Numbered from the stretch's first letter, positions 30,844 to 39,924 are shown. The stretch is 64,000 nt of DNA from an uncultured Candidatus Saccharibacteria bacterium (GCA_964618625.1 CAZUBI010000001.1:1940-65939), one strand, 5' to 3'. A program made the numbers and translations. The notes: a model not told the origin generated them from the sequence alone.

Positions 30844-30972
30844 GCTACTTGTTATTGACCTATAATCTATAATCTGGTATCATATAGATGATAAAGAATA
30901 ACCTTATAGGTTGTTTTTTAATACTTACTTAGCACTCTTGAAAATTAAAAAATTTTAGAAAGGAGTAAGAAA
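30844..30972 (+). promoter_or_regulatory. family-2 conserved promoter and long 5' leader, copy 1
   Basis: TTGACC-17-TATCAT promoter, then a leader of about 95 nt ending in TTAGCACTCTTGAAAATTAAAAAATTTTAGAAAGGAG (SD) 8 nt before the ATG. Nearly identical to 42482-42605. Confidence 0.55.
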
Positions 30973-31266
30973 ATGGGTAAGCAAATTGAAGTTATTGTAA
31001 GAGATGATGAGACTAATCGCCAGATTGTCGCTTTAAGATATGAAAAACCTGATGAAATAAAAAGTGAGTCTGCGCTTGAGGAACGTAGAGCAACCGCTAT
31101 TTTTTTAGAAAGTCTTGCAAAAGAAATACATAAGCTTCTATCTCGGAAATTTGAAGATTTTATAGAAATGCCTAAAGATTCTGGAATTGAGCTAAGATTC
31201 CCAGTGTCATTAAATGACAGACCATTTGAGATAATTAAGAAAGAATTCATTGTAGAAATAAAATGA
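30973..31266 (+). CDS. hypothetical protein (97 aa)
   Basis: Strong SD (AGGAG). No recognised domain. Confidence 0.45.
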   Translation: MGKQIEVIVRDDETNRQIVALRYEKPDEIKSESALEERRATAIFLESLAKEIHKLLSRKFEDFIEMPKDSGIELRFPVSLNDRPFEIIKKEFIVEIK

Positions 31267-31308
31267 TTGTATTAATAAGGGAGAAAAAAATTTTAGAAAA
31301 AAGGAGGA

Positions 31309-31885
31309 ATGAAAAATAAGATATTATTTTATTGGCGTTCGTGAAGTAAAGCTTGTTGGTAGAAATGGAAGTATTGCACAAGAAAGCAAGAGGCAAATAA
31401 AGAAAACTGCTAAAATACTAAGAGAATCCAAAATTGCTGATCGGTTTCCTGAAATTGTTTATTCAAATGGGTCTCGTGCAGGAAATATAACAGCAAAACT
31501 TCTTGCAAATTTACTTGGAATTAAAAAAGTAGAGATTAATAAAGCATTTGATGGGAAGAGAGAACCAGCAGCATTTATTAAAAAATGGTTTGGACTAAAA
31601 AAGGTAAAGAAAGAAGCAATTAACCCAGTCAAGAAAATGGTTAATGAGCTAACCAGGTTAGAGAATAACGTTAACAATATAAACATAGCAATCTGTTCAG
31701 GTAAACTTCTCTATTCCAGTACAAGATTGACATATAAACGGTTTAAGAAACCCAATTTATCAACAAGGAAAAGATTGTTTTTGCGTCCAGCTGAATCTTA
31801 TATTTTAGAACAGCATGACGATTGGGGGTTTGAACTAAAATATATGTTTCCGTCTAAAAAAACAATTGATATCCTGGCTTCATAA
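31309..31885 (+). pseudogene. SixA/histidine-phosphatase-like ORF with an apparent +1 frameshift near the start
   Basis: AAGGAGG then an ATG at 31309 gives MKNKILFYWRS-stop. A long open frame continues from 31313 in +1 with no ATG, aligning loosely to SixA (LVGRNGSIAQESKRQ...DRFPEIVYSNGSRAGNITAKLLANLLG). The RHG catalytic motif is not recognisable. Confidence 0.35.
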
Positions 31886-31982
31886 AGACACACTAATTAA
31901 ATTTAGTCTTGATGGTCGTTGGAAAATTAAAACTCTCCAGTGGCCTGTTTTTTAAAAAAACTTGTAATTTATCTAAAAAAAA

Positions 31983-32048
31983 GGTTCCAATATCGTTCCA
32001 TAGCCCCAGTAAATTAGAATCGCCAAAGAGGCGATTTTTTGGTAGAAT
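31983..32048 (+). repeat. cassette junction (Box A + Box C)
   Basis: GGTTCCAATATCGTTCCATAGCCCCAGTAAATTAGAATCGCCAAAGAGGCGATTTTTTGGTAGAAT, 9 nt before the ATG at 32058. Confidence 0.6.
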
Positions 32049-32057
32049 ATAGATATC

Positions 32058-32450
32058 ATGAAAACAATTTTAGTTGATGCAGTTTATACTTTTGTAATAG
32101 AAAATGATGGGATTTTCAAGCTCTTTAAGCAAATGTATGATTTGCTTGAAACTTTTCCAAATAGAAAAATTATTTTGACTGGAGCTAATGATGAACAATT
32201 CAAAAAGTCCAACTTAGACAAAATGCCTTATGAAGTTTTTACACTAAAGCATAATCCAGAAAAAACCGATCCAAAATATTACAAAGCAATGCTTGAACAT
32301 TTTGGTTTTAATAAAAACGATGTTATATATTTTGAGCATGATGAGAACGCAGTAAAAAGTGCACAGTCAGTTGGTATCAAAACCTACAATTACGATTCAG
32401 AGAAAAAGGATTTGATTGCGCTCAAAGATTTTCTGATGGAAAATCTATAA
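32058..32450 (+). CDS. HAD-like hydrolase (short, atypical motif I)
   Basis: ILVDAVYTF (motif I-like), ILTGAN, and the C-terminal IYFEHDENAVKSAQSVGI typical of HAD motifs III/IV. Confidence 0.45.
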   Translation: MKTILVDAVYTFVIENDGIFKLFKQMYDLLETFPNRKIILTGANDEQFKKSNLDKMPYEVFTLKHNPEKTDPKYYKAMLEHFGFNKNDVIYFEHDENAVKSAQSVGIKTYNYDSEKKDLIALKDFLMENL

Positions 32451-32504
32451 AGAAAAAGTTTGAATTTTGTTGAAGATTAAAGGTTAGCGAAAATTAAAAT
32501 TAAT

Positions 32505-33161
32505 ATGAAATTATTACTTACCTCTGGTGGTATAACCAATAAGTCAATTGCTGATGCATTGTTTGATTTGGTTGGCAAAAAGCCGCAAGATACTTCACTG
32601 GTTTTTATTCCCACAGCTGCAAATACAGAAATCGGCGATAAAAGCTGGTTTATTGATGATTTGTTAAATTTAAAAAATCAAAATTTTAAGTCCATTGATA
32701 TTGCTGATATCTCAGCGGCTGACAAAAAGATTTGGAGGTCAAAACTGGAAGAGACTGATGTGTTATTTTTTGGAGGAGGTAATACTTATTATTTAATGGA
32801 ATGGATTAATAAATCAGGCCTTGCGTCTTTTTTTCCTGAGTTATTGAAAGACAAGGTGTATGTAGGATTGAGTGCTGGGAGCATGGTAACAAGCAAAAAT
32901 TTGGCTCTCAAAATTTCTCAAATTTTGTATGAAGAAGATTTGGATAAAACCGAAGACATGCCAGGACTTAACTTTGTGGATTTCTATTTTTTACCTCACT
33001 TGAATTTCCCTTATTTTGAAAAGTTGAGAGAAGATTTTATAAAAGAAACTGTAAAAGGGATGCCGGAAAAGATATACGTTTTAGATGATAACTCTGCTTT
33101 GAAAGTTATTGATGGAAAAGTTGAAGCAATAAGCGAGGGAAAGTGGTTTGTAATCAATTAA
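32505..33161 (+). CDS. peptidase S51 (dipeptidase E-like)
   Basis: LLLTSGG, FFGGGNTYYL, and GLSAGSMV (nucleophile Ser). Confidence 0.65.
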   Translation: MKLLLTSGGITNKSIADALFDLVGKKPQDTSLVFIPTAANTEIGDKSWFIDDLLNLKNQNFKSIDIADISAADKKIWRSKLEETDVLFFGGGNTYYLMEWINKSGLASFFPELLKDKVYVGLSAGSMVTSKNLALKISQILYEEDLDKTEDMPGLNFVDFYFLPHLNFPYFEKLREDFIKETVKGMPEKIYVLDDNSALKVIDGKVEAISEGKWFVIN

Positions 33162-33185
33162 TAAAGTTTTATTGATTAAACTCAA

Positions 33186-34172
33186 GTGCTTATGAAATTT
33201 CAGATTTTGAAAAACAAAAAGAAATTCTTTATTTTTCCAACCATACCTTTTCATTTTGACTCTACTTTTTATAAGCCAGGGCATTTTCCAACCAGTGACA
33301 TGAAGTGGGAATCGGGAAAAAGATGGCAAACTATGTTGTGGAAAGGAAAGAAATTAGGCTTGATCTTTGAAGATAAAAGTGTTGGTAGAAAGTCTAAAGT
33401 ATTGGTTAATGTTTTTTCAGATAAGAAATTATCAACGGAATTTATTGAAGGATTGAAAAAAGAAATTATTTTGCGTTTTAATCTTGATTTAAATCTTGCT
33501 GAATTTTATCAGATGGCCAAAAAAGACATTTTGCTTAAACCAATTATTAGAAGATTTAAAGGTTTGAGGCCAATGCATTCTGGTTCTTTGTATGAATATT
33601 TAATTATTGCCATTGTTTTACAAAATGCCACTATAAAAAGAAGTGTTTATATGATGCAAATTCTTTTTGAAAATTATGGCAGTTTGCTTCAGTTTGACAA
33701 TCAAAAATTTTGGTGTTTTTGGAAGCCGGAAATATTAGTCAAAGCCAAAGAGCAAAAACTAAGAGATTTAAAAATGGGTTATCGGGCCAAATCCTTAATT
33801 AAAGTTTCTGAGCCGTTTGTTAAAGGAGAAATCAATGAATTAGAATTAAGAACAAAATCTTACGAAGAACAAGAAAAAGCCCTTGTTAATCTTTATGGAA
33901 TTGGTCCAGCTTCAATAGGATATATTATGTTTGATGTTTTTCATAGATGGGATTATTTAAATCATATTTCTCCTTGGGAGCAAAAGATTTATACTAAGAT
34001 ATTCTTTAATAAGAATTACGAAAAGGAATTAGTTTCTGTAGAAAGAATGCTTAGATATTTTGATAAATGGGGTAAATGGAAGAATTTAGCAGTTCATTAT
34101 GTTTGGGAAGATATCTGGTGGAAAAGAAAAAACAAACATATTCCCTGGCTAGAAAAAGAAATCCGGCTTTAA
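33186..34172 (+). CDS. HhH-GPD DNA glycosylase, Ogg-like paralog (possibly non-canonical)
   Basis: KMGYRAKSL and an HhH motif LYGIGPASIGYIMFDVF. Paralogous to 40806..41651, but the HhH lysine is replaced (GIGPAS vs GIGPKV). Confidence 0.5.
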   Translation: MLMKFQILKNKKKFFIFPTIPFHFDSTFYKPGHFPTSDMKWESGKRWQTMLWKGKKLGLIFEDKSVGRKSKVLVNVFSDKKLSTEFIEGLKKEIILRFNLDLNLAEFYQMAKKDILLKPIIRRFKGLRPMHSGSLYEYLIIAIVLQNATIKRSVYMMQILFENYGSLLQFDNQKFWCFWKPEILVKAKEQKLRDLKMGYRAKSLIKVSEPFVKGEINELELRTKSYEEQEKALVNLYGIGPASIGYIMFDVFHRWDYLNHISPWEQKIYTKIFFNKNYEKELVSVERMLRYFDKWGKWKNLAVHYVWEDIWWKRKNKHIPWLEKEIRL

Positions 34173-34247
34173 TTTTAAGAAATAGCTGATGAATTAAGAA
34201 ATACAAAAGAAGAGTGCGTTAATAAAAAGAATTATTGAATAGCTTTT

Positions 34248-34946
34248 ATGTTTATAAAAAATCCAAAAGTGAAATTTGTTATAGACCCGAAAGAAGATAT
34301 AAAAAATTATATTCTTTTTAATAAGTACAAATATGCTGCCAGCGATCCAAAAACATTCAAAATGTTTTTGCCTCAAAAATTGCATTATATTTTAAAAAGC
34401 CGATTTTCCGAGAAACAGAAAGCAAAAATAGTGAAAGCATATGTAAAAAATACGTTTATTTTACACAAAAAAGAAATAGCCCAAAATACCGACAGAGCCA
34501 AGAAAGAATGGCACAAGGTGGCAAAGGATTACTTTCGGCTGATGAATAGAATTTTTAAAGATCATCCTTGGCCGAAGGGAAAATATATAGGATTTGCCAG
34601 CGTGTTTGAAATGTATCCCAAAAACGTTAAAGAAAAAATATTTTATTTTTCCGGACTAAAAAAAGATTTAAATTTTAACATTGCCACAATAGCTCATGAA
34701 ATGCTTCATTTTATGTTTTTTGACTATATCGACAAGAATACCAGAGTTAGAGATAGAGGCTCAGAGAACATATGGAATGCTTCAGAAGTTTTTAATTTAG
34801 TAATTGAAACATGGAAACCATATCAAAAGATTTTTAAAACAAATGGTAAGGCGTATTATTTTATGCATAAAAAGATGTTACCCAAAATGAAAAAGCTATG
34901 GAAAGAAAAAGAAGACATTGATTACCTATTAAACCACTATTTTTAA
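34248..34946 (+). CDS. hypothetical protein with an HExxH motif
   Basis: IAHEMLHFMFFDY. May be a metal-dependent hydrolase. Confidence 0.35.
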   Translation: MFIKNPKVKFVIDPKEDIKNYILFNKYKYAASDPKTFKMFLPQKLHYILKSRFSEKQKAKIVKAYVKNTFILHKKEIAQNTDRAKKEWHKVAKDYFRLMNRIFKDHPWPKGKYIGFASVFEMYPKNVKEKIFYFSGLKKDLNFNIATIAHEMLHFMFFDYIDKNTRVRDRGSENIWNASEVFNLVIETWKPYQKIFKTNGKAYYFMHKKMLPKMKKLWKEKEDIDYLLNHYF

Positions 34947-34954
34947 TCCCTAAT

Positions 34955-35389
34955 ATGAAAAATCAATTAATTAATGTTGGGAAAAGATATGTATTCTGTT
35001 TGATTGGTTACAATGGACAAATATCTTTATCTAAACTTTGCGATGATACTTGCAGTGAAGTTTCCCGAATGTTGGCTCAATGGTTTCTAAAAAAATTGCC
35101 TAAAGCAGATATGTATATTGCAAAAGGGAAGATTGGGAAACGATTTCATGATTTACTACTAGTTCACGATAAGGAAGTTTATATATTAGATCCTACAGTA
35201 TGGCAATTCTTTAAAAATAAGAAATCAATTCTTATTAAAAAAACAAAAACAGTTAATGATGCTCTTTCAGTACTTGTAAGTATATATGGAGGAAAATGGA
35301 AAATCTCAGAGCGAATTGCCAAATATTCAAATAAAGAGATAAAACAGCTTAAAAGCGTTTTGGCGAAAAGATTTAAAAAATCTTTATAA
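34955..35389 (+). CDS. hypothetical protein
   Basis: 144-aa ORF, no recognised motif. Confidence 0.35.
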   Translation: MKNQLINVGKRYVFCLIGYNGQISLSKLCDDTCSEVSRMLAQWFLKKLPKADMYIAKGKIGKRFHDLLLVHDKEVYILDPTVWQFFKNKKSILIKKTKTVNDALSVLVSIYGGKWKISERIAKYSNKEIKQLKSVLAKRFKKSL

Positions 35390-35530
35390 TACTTATATTA
35401 CTGGGTACTAACCTCATGTGGTCTGTTTTTGCTCTTAGTTTGGCATTATGAAAATAATTCGTATAATAACCAGTTGTACGGAATAGAAAAACATATTTAT
35501 TAAAATAGAATTTTGGAGTAAAATAAATTT

Positions 35531-36493
35531 ATGTTAAACAATATAAAAGATTTTGTAGAGATTTTTAAATGCCCCGATTGCGAGGAAGATTTAGTTATTG
35601 ATGGTGAAAATCTTAAGTGTAGAAAATGTGACAGAATTATTCCTGTGGTTAATGGTGTTGCGATTTTTTTATCACAAAAAGAATGGAAAGAGTTTTTTAG
35701 TAAAAGCCACAACTTTGAGAATTATACTATGGATAGCGAAAAACTCTTTTTTCAAGAAATTTTAGAGCAAAATGATTATTTAAAGTCTATTGAGATGATT
35801 GATAAATATACTGATTCGGAAGAGAATAAAAAAACTTTTGCGGAAATAACTGGCTCGACAGGAACTGATGATAAAGAATTAGAAAGAGCAATTTTGGAAG
35901 CAAATGATAAGATATTAGATAAGGGCGAGGTTGATAAAGCAAAAATGATTTTGGACTGGCCGACTGGCCCAGGCGCTTTTATTCTAAGAATGGTTAATAA
36001 AATTAGTAGGGATGTTGTTGTTGTAAGTTCTGAGATTAATCTATTCAGTATTTTTCGATTAAAAAAATATCTAGAATCAAAAGGGTTAGCTGACAATATT
36101 CTTTTTGTAAACAATGATGTTATAAAAATGCCATTTAAAGACGATGTTTTTGACTTGGTATCGGTATTTGGATTGACCGTTGAAGTTCCAGATTCAGATA
36201 AAGCTTTGAGTGAGACATACAGAGTTATGAAATCTGGCGGGGTAATCGTAGGGAGTGGAGAGATATATAAAGAAGGTTCTGAAAGTATGAAATTGGCCGA
36301 TGAAATGAATATTGGCCAGCTTTGTACAAGTGAAAGATTTTCTCAGAAAATAAATAAAATCGGTTTTAAAAACATTGATATTGAAATCGCTTATGAAGGC
36401 TATGATACGGATGATTTACCGGACGAAGAAAGATGTCCACTGCCCGCGAGAGGTGATTGGTTTTCTTACGTTATCATAAAGGCAGAAAAATAA
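35531..36493 (+). CDS. class I SAM-dependent methyltransferase with an N-terminal Trm112-like zinc ribbon
   Basis: CPDCEEDL...CRKCDRIIPVVNGVAIFL, then the motif I-like ILDWPTGPGAF and motif II VVVVSSEIN. Confidence 0.6.
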   Translation: MLNNIKDFVEIFKCPDCEEDLVIDGENLKCRKCDRIIPVVNGVAIFLSQKEWKEFFSKSHNFENYTMDSEKLFFQEILEQNDYLKSIEMIDKYTDSEENKKTFAEITGSTGTDDKELERAILEANDKILDKGEVDKAKMILDWPTGPGAFILRMVNKISRDVVVVSSEINLFSIFRLKKYLESKGLADNILFVNNDVIKMPFKDDVFDLVSVFGLTVEVPDSDKALSETYRVMKSGGVIVGSGEIYKEGSESMKLADEMNIGQLCTSERFSQKINKIGFKNIDIEIAYEGYDTDDLPDEERCPLPARGDWFSYVIIKAEK

Positions 36494-36505
36494 TCTTTTC
36501 TATTA

Positions 36506-37309
36506 ATGATGAAAGAAATAGAAATTATTCAACAATTTGAGGATATTTTTATTAAAGCTGGAAAGCTGGCAGTTAAATTGAGAAATAATGCTGTTATTGA
36601 GCAAAAGCATAATTCTGGGATAAAGGATATTGATATTGTCACGAGTGCAGATTTAACTGTTCAAGAATTCGTGTTGGAGAAATTAGCAGTATCAGAATTG
36701 AAGCACTGTGAAATCGTTGCAGAAGAAGATACCCCTAGTAGAAACTTGTTTGCCAAATCTTCTAATTTTGTAATTACTATTGATCCAATTGATGGTACAA
36801 AGCTATACGCCAGTGGTAAAAAGATGTATTCCATAATCATAACCGTTCATAATAAAAAAAGGCCGATTTATACTTTTTGTTATTTTCCTGAGGTTAAATG
36901 GGGGGTGAAAATTGTTTATGATGAATGTCATTTTTTTGGTAATAAGCCAAAAATAATACATAATACAGTTCAGCCAAAGACGATTGTTTACTCATTTTAT
37001 AACTCAAAAGGAAATCCTATAGATTCTATTCATGGGCAACCCAAAGAATTATTAAAAGAGCGTTATATTTTTCGGAATAAAAAAGAAATTACCAATGAAG
37101 CTGGTTCAACTGCCCTTTTCTTATTAGGAATTGTTGATGGATATTTTGTAGAAAATGGATCAGCTGTTGATTGCCTTGTCGGACTTCATTATGCATTAGC
37201 ACGAGGGTTTAAAGTTTACCAAAATATTGATTTAGAAAAAACGGTTTCGAGTAAACTTTCTAGTGGAAGCGAAGAATATAGAGGTAATTATTTGGTTATT
37301 AGAAATTAG
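36506..37309 (+). CDS. inositol monophosphatase/FBPase family phosphatase
   Basis: VITIDPIDGTKLY metal-binding motif (DPIDGT), and WDCLVG-like ALARG region. Confidence 0.6.
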   Translation: MMKEIEIIQQFEDIFIKAGKLAVKLRNNAVIEQKHNSGIKDIDIVTSADLTVQEFVLEKLAVSELKHCEIVAEEDTPSRNLFAKSSNFVITIDPIDGTKLYASGKKMYSIIITVHNKKRPIYTFCYFPEVKWGVKIVYDECHFFGNKPKIIHNTVQPKTIVYSFYNSKGNPIDSIHGQPKELLKERYIFRNKKEITNEAGSTALFLLGIVDGYFVENGSAVDCLVGLHYALARGFKVYQNIDLEKTVSSKLSSGSEEYRGNYLVIRN

Positions 37310-37364
37310 AAACATTAACAGAAAAATAAAAAGAATTTATTGTCAAAACAAAAATCATATTACA

Positions 37365-37395
37365 AATCGCCAAAAAGGCGATTTTTTGGTAGAAT
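37365..37395 (+). terminator. Box C only (hairpin + TGGTAGAAT)
   Basis: AATCGCCAAAAAGGCGATTTTTTGGTAGAAT, 13 nt before the ATG at 37409. The upstream reading frame translates the repeat as KSPKRRFFGRI. Confidence 0.55.
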
Positions 37396-37408
37396 AAAGG
37401 ATATAAAC

Positions 37409-37759
37409 ATGTCATATATATTAAGAAAAATCAAAGATAGTAATTCAAAGGATATAACTTGTGGAGTAATGCGCAATTTGACTACAGCGGGAGATTTTAA
37501 AGAAATGGATTTTGCTCATGTTACTATTACAGACAAAACTAAGGAGCATTATCATAAAGAACTCACTGATGTCTATTATGTATTAAAAGGTTCTATAGCT
37601 ATTGAAATTGATGGAAAGGTTGAGAATTTAGAAGAGGATTCATTAATAATGATTTATCCGAATACAAATCATAAAGCTTGGAAAACAAGTAAAGAAGACG
37701 CAGAAATCTTAGTAGTATGTTGTCCTCCTTGGAGCGAGGAAGATGAAATATTAGTTTAA
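37409..37759 (+). CDS. cupin domain protein
   Basis: EHYHKELTDVYYVLKG...IYPNTNHKAW, a two-His cupin motif. Start placed after the Box C promoter. Confidence 0.5.
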   Translation: MSYILRKIKDSNSKDITCGVMRNLTTAGDFKEMDFAHVTITDKTKEHYHKELTDVYYVLKGSIAIEIDGKVENLEEDSLIMIYPNTNHKAWKTSKEDAEILVVCCPPWSEEDEILV

Positions 37760-37763
37760 TATT

Positions 37764-38105
37764 ATGAAATTAGATTCCGCAATATTTTATACAAATAATT
37801 TAGAAAAAGTTATTCCTTTTTACAGGAATATAGTTGGTTTGAATATAGAATATATTCAAGAAGGTAAATTTGTTTCTTTTAAATTTGAAAATGGGAGATT
37901 AGGTATAAAACAGGCAAAAGAAAAAAGAGAGATACCAGGGCATCAAACTATTTTTATAGAAATAGAAGACATTGAGAAAACATATAATGAGTTTAAGGAA
38001 AAAGGAATAATCTTTTTAAAGGAATTAACACAAGAAAATTGGGCAACTAATTTTAGTTTTCTTGATCCTGATGGCAACAAGATTCAATTTATGAAAAGAA
38101 AATAG
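37764..38105 (+). CDS. VOC/glyoxalase-bleomycin resistance family protein
   Basis: A beta-alpha-beta-beta-beta module with FLDPDGNKIQF at the C-terminus. Confidence 0.65.
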   Translation: MKLDSAIFYTNNLEKVIPFYRNIVGLNIEYIQEGKFVSFKFENGRLGIKQAKEKREIPGHQTIFIEIEDIEKTYNEFKEKGIIFLKELTQENWATNFSFLDPDGNKIQFMKRK

Positions 38106-38131
38106 GTTTCAACATCGTTCCATAGCCCCAG
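38105..38131 (+). repeat. Box A only copy (variant)
   Basis: GGTTTCAACATCGTTCCATAGCCCCAG. Confidence 0.5.
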
Positions 38132-38235
38132 CAAATTAAGTTTAAAAAGTCGCCCTCTTGATATTTCTCTTACAATATTGTAAAGTTAGGGCAAAAGGTC
38201 GGAGCTTCATTAATATTAAATTTTGACCAAATATT

Positions 38236-38463
38236 ATGATTGTAGAATTTGTTTTAAAAGAGCGTCCCTCAGAATTAAAGATTGAAGGTTACGAAGAATT
38301 AGATTTTACCATTGGTTCTGTTTTTGCAAGCCCAGTAGATAAAAGAGTGGAAGTAGTAGTTAAAAAACATCCCGATGGAAGAGTAAGTATATTTACCGAC
38401 AAATCAGAGGTTATAAAAACCATCACTCAAACAACTGAAGTTGTTGATATTCACGTCAAATAA
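38236..38463 (+). CDS. hypothetical small protein
   Basis: 75-aa ORF. Confidence 0.3.
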   Translation: MIVEFVLKERPSELKIEGYEELDFTIGSVFASPVDKRVEVVVKKHPDGRVSIFTDKSEVIKTITQTTEVVDIHVK

Positions 38464-38476
38464 ACGAAAACTAAAA

Positions 38477-38507
38477 AATCGCCAAGAAGGCGATTTTTTG
38501 GTAGAAT
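38477..38507 (+). terminator. Box C only
   Basis: AATCGCCAAGAAGGCGATTTTTTGGTAGAAT, 8 nt before the ATG at 38516. Confidence 0.55.
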
Positions 38508-38515
38508 AGAAGTAT

Positions 38516-38812
38516 ATGAGAACAATTCCTTTCCCTTTTAGATACAAGAAAGCCTTATTAAATAAGACTAAAAATACGACTATTCGCGTTAGCAAGGAAG
38601 TTGGAAAATACAAGAAAGGAAGAATTTATGTAACAGAATCTTATGCTGGTAGAAATTGGGGTGTTAAAATCAAAATTAATGATGTAGTTTCTACAAAACT
38701 AGGCGATCTTAAAGATTTCGGAATTCCTAAACAAAGCATCAATGCTATTTTAAAACAAAAAGGAATTTCCCTCAAAAGCAAAGCAGATTTGATTAGATTT
38801 GAGATAATATGA
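38516..38812 (+). CDS. ASCH-like small protein
   Basis: 98 aa, PUA-like beta-barrel pattern (TIRVSKE...KGRIYV). Weak call. Confidence 0.3.
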   Translation: MRTIPFPFRYKKALLNKTKNTTIRVSKEVGKYKKGRIYVTESYAGRNWGVKIKINDVVSTKLGDLKDFGIPKQSINAILKQKGISLKSKADLIRFEII

Positions 38813-38813
38813 A

Positions 38814-38908
38814 AGTTTCAACATCGTTCCATAGGGACAGCTATCTAGTTTTTTATCGAGGGACCGAGATACATCAAAATCGCCAAAAAGGCGATTTTTT
38901 GGTAGAAT
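38814..38908 (+). repeat. cassette junction (variant Box A + Box B + Box C)
   Basis: AGTTTCAACATCGTTCCATAGGGACAG, then CTATCTAGTTTTTTATCGAGGGACCGAGATACATCAAA, then ATCGCCAAAAAGGCGATTTTTTGGTAGAAT. Confidence 0.6.
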
Positions 38909-38917
38909 ATAGATAAT

Positions 38918-39865
38918 ATGAAAATTGGAGACGTATTTTTTGCAAAAGTTAAAAGCTTTGAGGAATTTAAAGATTTTATCAAGAACTTAGATATTAAGGC
39001 TGACATTTTTATTATTAAACCAAATTGGGTAGAGCCATCTAAAGGGCAATACACAGAAGTGCTGCCACTGCAATGGTTGTTTGATTGTTTGGATGGAACA
39101 AAAATAATAATAGAGAGCCATACTGCTTGGAGAAATAAACTTCTTTTGGAGACTGGAAAAGTTATTGTTAATGCGGATAACGTAAGTCAGAAAAGAGATT
39201 TTTTAAGAGAAAATGACAAATGGTTTCTTGAAGCTACGGGCTTAAAAGAATTATTAAAAAAATATAATGTTGAGTATATAAATATTACAGAAGAAGTATG
39301 GAAAGGAGAAGTTGTTGACTCTGAAATTATTAGAGAAATTGTAGAGGAAAAATTCGCCGCTGTTCAACATAAAGAGTTATACAGCGTAATTCCTAAAAAG
39401 ATATTTGGATTAAAAAATACTGTTTTGATTGATTTGGCAAAAATTAAGACAGACGGAAGCGTTGTGATGAGTTTATCAACTAAAAATCTTTTTGGCTTGA
39501 TTCCAGATCCAAAACGTTCTCCAAGATATCACGACCATGAGAAGAAGATACTTCCTTACGCAATTTTAGATATGAATAAAATTTATCGTGCTCTTTTTAA
39601 AACTGTATTTATAAACGAGGGAATTTTTACTGCAATAGACGGACCTTCGCCAGAACAAGGAAGATTAAAAGAAGGCCTTAATTTAATTGTTGCCGGTCAT
39701 AATTCTATTGATGTTGATTTAACAACAGCAAAACTTGTTGGAATTAACCCAGAAGAATTGTTAGATAATTTACTTCAGCCAGTTAATGAAGTTTTCGGCT
39801 CAAGCCCGGAAATATTAACTGATATCCCGGAGAATTTTTCTGATAGATTGAATTATAAAGATTGA
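38918..39865 (+). CDS. DUF362-like protein
   Basis: IIKPNWVEP pattern. Weak call. Confidence 0.35.
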   Translation: MKIGDVFFAKVKSFEEFKDFIKNLDIKADIFIIKPNWVEPSKGQYTEVLPLQWLFDCLDGTKIIIESHTAWRNKLLLETGKVIVNADNVSQKRDFLRENDKWFLEATGLKELLKKYNVEYINITEEVWKGEVVDSEIIREIVEEKFAAVQHKELYSVIPKKIFGLKNTVLIDLAKIKTDGSVVMSLSTKNLFGLIPDPKRSPRYHDHEKKILPYAILDMNKIYRALFKTVFINEGIFTAIDGPSPEQGRLKEGLNLIVAGHNSIDVDLTTAKLVGINPEELLDNLLQPVNEVFGSSPEILTDIPENFSDRLNYKD

Positions 39866-39885
39866 TTATTAAAAAACCATTAAAA

Positions 39886-39912
39886 AGCTTCCAACATCGT
39901 TCCATAGCCCCA
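39886..39912 (+). repeat. Box A only copy (variant)
   Basis: AGCTTCCAACATCGTTCCATAGCCCCA followed by TTGACT-17-TATATT promoter-like sequence. Confidence 0.5.
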
Positions 39913-39924
39913 ACTTTTTATCTA

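Noticed and set aside
30920-30960. Full CIRCE operator in the family-2 leaders
   Set aside because: Only the left arm (TTAGCACTC) is present, with no inverted GAGTGCTAA/GATTGCTAA partner within 9 nt, so it is not a bona fide HrcA operator.
31309-31344. Programmed +1 ribosomal frameshift as the preferred explanation for the SixA-like ORF
   Set aside because: There is no recognisable shifty motif beyond an A-run, and the catalytic motif is degenerate. A pseudogene or an indel error is more parsimonious.
37340-37408. N-terminal extension of the cupin ORF, and the 43855..44076 ORF, encoding KSPKRRFFGRI
   Set aside because: This peptide is the translation of the Box C terminator/promoter repeat. 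The real starts are the ATGs 6-13 nt after TAGAAT.
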